A stretch of DNA of 41,564 nucleotides from Promethearchaeota archaeon (GTDB lineage Archaea; Asgardarchaeota; Lokiarchaeia; Sigyniarchaeales; SOKP01): contig JBHLPW010000047.1 of assembly GCA_048939015.1 (NCBI GenBank), forward strand, positions 1 to 41,564, in the 5' to 3' direction. Shown one piece after another: positions 36,623-41,564 of the stretch. The notes under the pieces are model-generated. The model saw nothing but the letters and a program-made list of their open reading frames with translations. It was not told the DNA's origin and made no database searches. Position numbers and translations under genes: made by a program. Position 1 is the stretch's first letter. Every line of letters starts with the position of its first letter.

Positions 36623-38341
36623 ATGCAAACCCAACAAACCCCATATGATGCAAAAATATGGTTGAAATCATATGATAAACATGTTAAGCCAACTTTAGAA
36701 TATCCTAAAGAAGGATTAGGGAAACTATTTGATGCTGCAATGGCTAAATTTCCTGATCGAATTGGTTGTTATTTTATGGAAAATGAAATGACTTTTAGAG
36801 AATTGAGAGAAAAAATACATCGATTCGCAACCTTCTTACAGCAAAACGGTTTAGGAAAAGGGGAGCGTGTGGCTATTAATTTGCCAAATTGTCCTCAATA
36901 TTTAATTGCTCATTTTGGAACTTTATTAGCAGGTGGTGTAGCTTCAGGGTGTTCACCACTAATGAGTGCCTCAGAAATCGCTTACCAGATAAATGACAGT
37001 GAAGCGAAGTTTTTTGTGACATTAGATGCTTTTTATGAAAAGGTCTTATATCAGGTTCTTGGAAAGATGCCAGGATTGAATACTATTATTACTACAAATA
37101 TATCAGAATATATGGATCTTTCTAAAATCCTTGTTTTTCTTGGAAAATTATTAGGAAAAATTCCAAAGGGAAAAGTTAAGCCTTTTCCTGACAAAAATGT
37201 TATGGACTTTATGCAAGTCATGGATACGGAAATAAATTTAACAGAAGTAAATATAAATGTTGATAATGATTTAGCTTTACTTCAATATACTGGTGGTACA
37301 ACAGGCCTCCCTAAAGGTACTGAGCTCACTCATTCTAATATAATATCAAATATAATCCAAGTTATGACTTGGCTTGATAAACAAGAAACAAATGAAGGAG
37401 ATGTAAATTTATCTGCATTTCCTTTATTTCATTTAGCAGGGCTAGCTATGAGTATGATAACATTATATACTTCTACGGGTCAAATCTTAATAGCAAATCC
37501 GAGAGATACAAATCATATTATAAAGGAGATAAAAGAGAATAATCCAAAGATCATAGTGAATGTACCAACATTATACTTAGCTATTAAAAATAATCCTAAA
37601 GTAAAGGATATTACTAAATCTACATTAGAAAATATTGATATTTACGTTTCTGGTGCGGCTCCTTTTCCCGCCGAAGCGATAAATGATTTTGAACAATCAA
37701 TGGACGCACTGAATAAGGTATTAGAAGTATATGGTATGACAGAAACCTCGCCAATACTTACAATGAACCCTTATTATGGTAAGAAAAAGATTGGTACTGT
37801 TGGCATTCCCGTACCAGATACTGAAATACGACTTGTTGATGTGGAAACTGGAGAACAAGTAGAGCTTGGTAAACCTGGAGAAGTTATATGTAGAGGACCT
37901 CAAGTTACAAGAGGATATTATAATAAACCTGAAGCTAATTCAAAGACAATAATCGATGGGTGGTTCCATACAGGGGATGTAGGTGTCATGGATGAGGATG
38001 GATTTATAACAATTGTAGATAGAACTAAGGACATGTTAATTGTAAGTGGTTTTAAAGTATATAGTGTTCATGTAGAAGATATCCTAACAAAACATCCGGA
38101 TATAGAAATGGTCGCGATTATTGGTCTTAAAGACTCTGATCGCCCTGGAAGCGAAATTGTAAAGGCTATTGTGCAACTAAAGGAAGGAATTCAACCATCA
38201 GAAAATATTAAAGAAAAATTAAAAAAATACGCAACTGAACATCTTTCAAAATATGAAAATCCAAAAATTTGGGAATTTAGAGAAAGTTTACCGTTAACTA
38301 CTGTTGGAAAAGTATTAAAGCGAGCACTAAGAGAAGACTAA
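36623..38341 (+). CDS. Long-chain fatty acid--CoA ligase (AMP-binding enzyme)
   Basis: QYTGGTTGLPKG, YGMTETSP, GWFHTGDVG, DRTKD, LPLTTVGKVLKR. Confidence 0.93.
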   Translation: MQTQQTPYDAKIWLKSYDKHVKPTLEYPKEGLGKLFDAAMAKFPDRIGCYFMENEMTFRELREKIHRFATFLQQNGLGKGERVAINLPNCPQYLIAHFGTLLAGGVASGCSPLMSASEIAYQINDSEAKFFVTLDAFYEKVLYQVLGKMPGLNTIITTNISEYMDLSKILVFLGKLLGKIPKGKVKPFPDKNVMDFMQVMDTEINLTEVNINVDNDLALLQYTGGTTGLPKGTELTHSNIISNIIQVMTWLDKQETNEGDVNLSAFPLFHLAGLAMSMITLYTSTGQILIANPRDTNHIIKEIKENNPKIIVNVPTLYLAIKNNPKVKDITKSTLENIDIYVSGAAPFPAEAINDFEQSMDALNKVLEVYGMTETSPILTMNPYYGKKKIGTVGIPVPDTEIRLVDVETGEQVELGKPGEVICRGPQVTRGYYNKPEANSKTIIDGWFHTGDVGVMDEDGFITIVDRTKDMLIVSGFKVYSVHVEDILTKHPDIEMVAIIGLKDSDRPGSEIVKAIVQLKEGIQPSENIKEKLKKYATEHLSKYENPKIWEFRESLPLTTVGKVLKRALRED

Positions 38342-38343
38342 CC

Positions 38344-38362
38344 TTTTTTTTTTCTTTTTTTT
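38344..38362 (+). terminator. Archaeal oligo(T) terminator
   Basis: Long T tract directly after the stop codon of the acyl-CoA ligase. Confidence 0.55.
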
Positions 38363-38460
38363 ATGATTTAATTTATCACTACAATTCTAAGATATTGGAT
38401 ATTAACTTATTATATGTAGAGATAATTGAAGGATTGGTATCATGTAACGAGTGAAAATAA

Positions 38461-39861
38461 TTATTTTACGAGCATATCTTTTAGATCATGAATCAATTTA
38501 TTATAGAATTGATCCTCCACCATTTCATGTTTTAAAATTCCCTGCACTCTTCGAATTCGCATCTTTAAACCAGGGCTTAGTTCAGTATCCCTTAAGTATA
38601 TTGCTAAATATGGTTTCTTCTCATTCATGGCAAGGTGAATTTCATCTTGAGTGTTATCTGACTCCATTACATAGGGAGATATAAATGATAGAAATAAACT
38701 GCTTTGCAATAATTTTTCTGCTATAGTATTACACCAATCAGTACTTAAGGGAATTCCTTCGTCATACCAGATTTTAAATCCTTTATGATTTAATTTTTGA
38801 AGAATAGGATATACCTCTCCTTTATCTTTATGAGTATAACTTACAAAAATAAACGGTTGCTCCCCCATGTATGCTGAAAATGGCGGTTCTATCGAAAATT
38901 CTGCGGATGATTCTTTTAGATTACTTTTTAGATAATTTTCTAACTCTTTTTCATCTTTAGGAAAACTTGGATCATTGAGAGCAGAAAATCTTTTTAACAA
39001 TTTATTAACAAGTTTAGGATTGTTCACAATATTGGAAATAACATTATAATTATCTAATAGTAATTTTGGTGGTTTTCCCGTCCCAGAACTTCTTGAAATT
39101 TTTGTTGCTAATTCGGCTACCTTATTTGTTACCCAAGACTCAACATCAGTTTCTTTATTAGAAAAATCTTTTGTCGTTTTCCCAGCATATTTTCCTCCCC
39201 AATCCAAAGTGACTAGCTCATCATTAATATATATTTTATAATCACCCTCTAACATTATAGCTGGATCCTCTTTAAACAAACTCTGAGTAGCTACTAGGTC
39301 TAATCTCTTTTGGATTGAGTCAAAAAATTCTCGTTCAACCTTAAATGGTAAATTATCTGAACTAATTATTTTTTTTCCTATTAACATCAGATATATTGCC
39401 ATTTGGTGAAGACATAATCCTTCAGTTTTCCCAATAATACAACTACATTCTCTTTCAACAGAGTTGTTAATTATCTGAAGAGAAGCTTTTTGAGAGCCAT
39501 ATTTACTTGAAAACCATACGTTATATCCCTTCCCACCCGCTATAATAACAGCATTCTGTATTTTTTCTACCTTATGTTCCCCACTAATTAGTGAAAGTCC
39601 ATTTAATAATAAAGTCTCAATGAAATCCTCTTTAAAATCAATAAATAACTTATTTTTTTCACTAGGATTCAAGGAAGTGTCAATAAAGGTAACTAATTCA
39701 TCCTTCTTCAGTGTTGAATACCCTTTTAATTTCTTTTCTTTTTCGACGGTTTGATTATAACTGGTTATTATTTCTTTGATTTTTTGGATAGTAGTTGATT
39801 TCAAGAATGTCTTAAATGTGAATGGTTCTAATCCCTTTTGTAGAGACTTTTTTTTTCCCAT
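38461..39861 (-). CDS. SWIM zinc finger + TIR domain protein with an N-terminal Rho-N/HEH-like motif
   Basis: KLKGYSTLKKDELV; CSC-x8-CLH; FIFVSYTHKD..IWYDEGI...W..ISP....S....DEI. Confidence 0.85.
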   Translation of the reverse strand: MGKKKSLQKGLEPFTFKTFLKSTTIQKIKEIITSYNQTVEKEKKLKGYSTLKKDELVTFIDTSLNPSEKNKLFIDFKEDFIETLLLNGLSLISGEHKVEKIQNAVIIAGGKGYNVWFSSKYGSQKASLQIINNSVERECSCIIGKTEGLCLHQMAIYLMLIGKKIISSDNLPFKVEREFFDSIQKRLDLVATQSLFKEDPAIMLEGDYKIYINDELVTLDWGGKYAGKTTKDFSNKETDVESWVTNKVAELATKISRSSGTGKPPKLLLDNYNVISNIVNNPKLVNKLLKRFSALNDPSFPKDEKELENYLKSNLKESSAEFSIEPPFSAYMGEQPFIFVSYTHKDKGEVYPILQKLNHKGFKIWYDEGIPLSTDWCNTIAEKLLQSSLFLSFISPYVMESDNTQDEIHLAMNEKKPYLAIYLRDTELSPGLKMRIRRVQGILKHEMVEDQFYNKLIHDLKDMLVK

Positions 39862-40077
39862 ATTATTACAAATTTACTCTCTATAAAAAAATCTTCTTTT
39901 GAATATAATTGAAAAAAGAATGCTATCGATTCATAATGAATAAAAAGAAAAGGTACTTTCACTAATGTTATAATAAAAAAAAATTTTGATAAAAATGTAA
40001 AAATTTAAATTTGTAGATATCAATTTGTGGTGTGCTAATCATACAAGATTTTATTAAATAATAGAGAGTGAAAAATC

Positions 40078-40398
40078 GTGTATATTTTATTAACTGTATG
40101 GTTCCCCGCAAGTAAATCCCTTGAGGTTGGAAAAAAAGCGATTGAAGTTAACGAAAAGTTTCCAGATGATGAGTCCATAATGAAAACCATTCTACCTGGG
40201 GGTTTGATGAGAACCAAAGACGGAATAAAAGGAATTTCTGTATTTGAAGTTGTGGAAGGGAAATTTGAGCAAGCTTATAATCAGGCTACTGATATTTTAG
40301 CTGCATATGCAGAAGTTGAAGGATTAAACTGTAGAATAGACACTATGGCAACAGCTACAGAAGCTATGGAATCAATTGGACTCGCAATACCTGCATAA
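40078..40398 (+). CDS. Hypothetical small alpha/beta protein
   Basis: 106-aa ORF with host-like composition and a downstream T tract. Confidence 0.7.
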   Translation: MYILLTVWFPASKSLEVGKKAIEVNEKFPDDESIMKTILPGGLMRTKDGIKGISVFEVVEGKFEQAYNQATDILAAYAEVEGLNCRIDTMATATEAMESIGLAIPA

Positions 40399-40563
40399 TT
40401 CTAAAAAATTTCTTTTTTTTTCTAATAATTCTAGTAAAAAGTAAAATTTATTGGTTTTAAGAGTATTCTTAATCCCGTATCGTCTCAATTCGATAATAAT
40501 CTTTAAATATTAATTTATTTGCCTTTTATTTAAAAATACAAAATATTACTGCCAGGTTAAAAA

Positions 40564-40773
40564 ATGAGTGAAAAATATTCCCCAGGTGTAATGGTATGTG
40601 TCGTCGGTTTATTAATCTTTATCGGTGGCTTGATAGTTATATGGTCATTGCATAACCCCCTTGTTGGATTATTTCTACTGATTTTTATTATAATCTGTGC
40701 AATAATAATACTAATCAAAAAAGTCCCAGAATATAAAAAAAGAATGAAATTTCTAAAACAAAAGCAAAGCTAG
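40564..40773 (+). CDS. Small 2-TM membrane protein
   Basis: 69 aa, two hydrophobic helices, basic tail. Confidence 0.6.
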   Translation: MSEKYSPGVMVCVVGLLIFIGGLIVIWSLHNPLVGLFLLIFIIICAIIILIKKVPEYKKRMKFLKQKQS

Positions 40774-40992
40774 TTTCTCAAAAATATGTTTTTTGATAAT
40801 CAATAGTGCTATTCCCTTAACATTTACCCCGATGTGTGACAGAAAACTAAGAAGCGCTATTGATTATCGACATAATAATGAAAATTAGAGTATTTAATTA
40901 GACTAAGGGTACGAATTTTGTCGATACAATTATATGAATTTTGTCCTTACACTTAAACAAATTTTAAATCTTTAATAGGTTAATATCTCCTT

Positions 40993-41448
40993 ATGGCAGT
41001 GAAAAAAGTAGTTGCATTAGATGAAGAAATATTAGAGAAGCTTCAGGAAGTAATTGAGAAAGAAAATGCAAAAAAACCAAAAGGTGAAAAGCTAACTATT
41101 CGTATGCTTCCTGAAGAGATTTCATTATACCAGCATTATGTAGATTCGAGTGAGTATAAAAACATTTCAGATTTGGTACGACAAGCTGTGCGTGAGAAAA
41201 TAAAAAAGATAATTATTCCCCATAATCCCATAGAACAGCGATTCTTGGGAACGTGGGGGATCCATCGAAAAATAGGAAAGGCAATTGAGAAACATGTATT
41301 TGATGTCGAAAATGAGATTGAAAAAATAGCAGAAGATATTGATGTAAGCACCATTGATAAGGAACTTTTAATTGATTTTATACAAAAACAGCAAGTTAGT
41401 AGTGCTATTGCCATCTCATTACTTAGAAAGAAGATTTCTAATGATTAG
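40993..41448 (+). CDS. RHH/CopG-domain transcriptional regulator
   Basis: KLTIRM.PEE....YKNISDLVRQAVREKI. Confidence 0.7.
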   Translation: MAVKKVVALDEEILEKLQEVIEKENAKKPKGEKLTIRMLPEEISLYQHYVDSSEYKNISDLVRQAVREKIKKIIIPHNPIEQRFLGTWGIHRKIGKAIEKHVFDVENEIEKIAEDIDVSTIDKELLIDFIQKQQVSSAIAISLLRKKISND

Positions 41449-41564
41449 AGCTTATTTATCAAAATATAATTATTGAAAATATTATCTTTCTCCCAGTCCC
41501 TTTTCTTTTTAATATTTAAGAATGATTATTAGACTAAAATAGTGGATATTACTATCCAAAATTA

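Noticed and set aside
14195-41414. Other short overlapping ORFs in the track (e.g. 14675, 15661, 19137, 19300, 24716, 26502, 29143, 30242, 38451, 41136)
   Set aside because: Shadow frames of confidently assigned genes
40898-41536. TTAGACTA copies matching the element's TAGTCTAA motif
   Set aside because: An AT-rich 8-mer is expected several times by chance in 41 kb; flanking similarity is absent

Overview
AT-rich archaeal window, most consistent with an Asgard (Lokiarchaeia-like) genome. That assignment is inferred from three stand-alone Rab/Ras-like GTPases, a WD40 membrane protein, archaeal TATA promoters and GGAG/GGTGA ribosome-binding sites. Bases 1 to ~12.7 kb look like an integrated mobile element or provirus, probably truncated by the left edge, with every gene on the minus strand. 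It encodes a tyrosine integrase with a Zn ribbon, an Fe-S SF2 (DinG/XPD-like) helicase with a C-terminal wHTH, a 495-aa beta-rich single-pass membrane protein (candidate fusogen or spike), an unannotated 52-aa ribbon-helix-helix regulator, a DUF5658-like membrane protein, a 1161-aa surface protein with a 13x18-residue sequon-rich helical stalk, a 4-TM protein and a second wHTH protein. No capsid protein, packaging ATPase or conjugation ATPase is visible. Its non-coding DNA is highly structured: a duplicated ~115-bp promoter cassette, a three-block direct repeat (candidate origin), two dif/lox-like palindromes, operator-like palindromes, and a G-U-containing RNA hairpin whose loop is exactly complementary to the helicase ribosome-binding site (candidate antisense control). 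Bases ~12.9-41.5 kb are host metabolic and signalling genes (panB, ilvE, amidase, acyl-CoA ligase and others), including a beta-helix/TM/WD40 receptor-like protein and a SWIM-TIR protein. All family calls come from motif recognition by eye; no searches were run.
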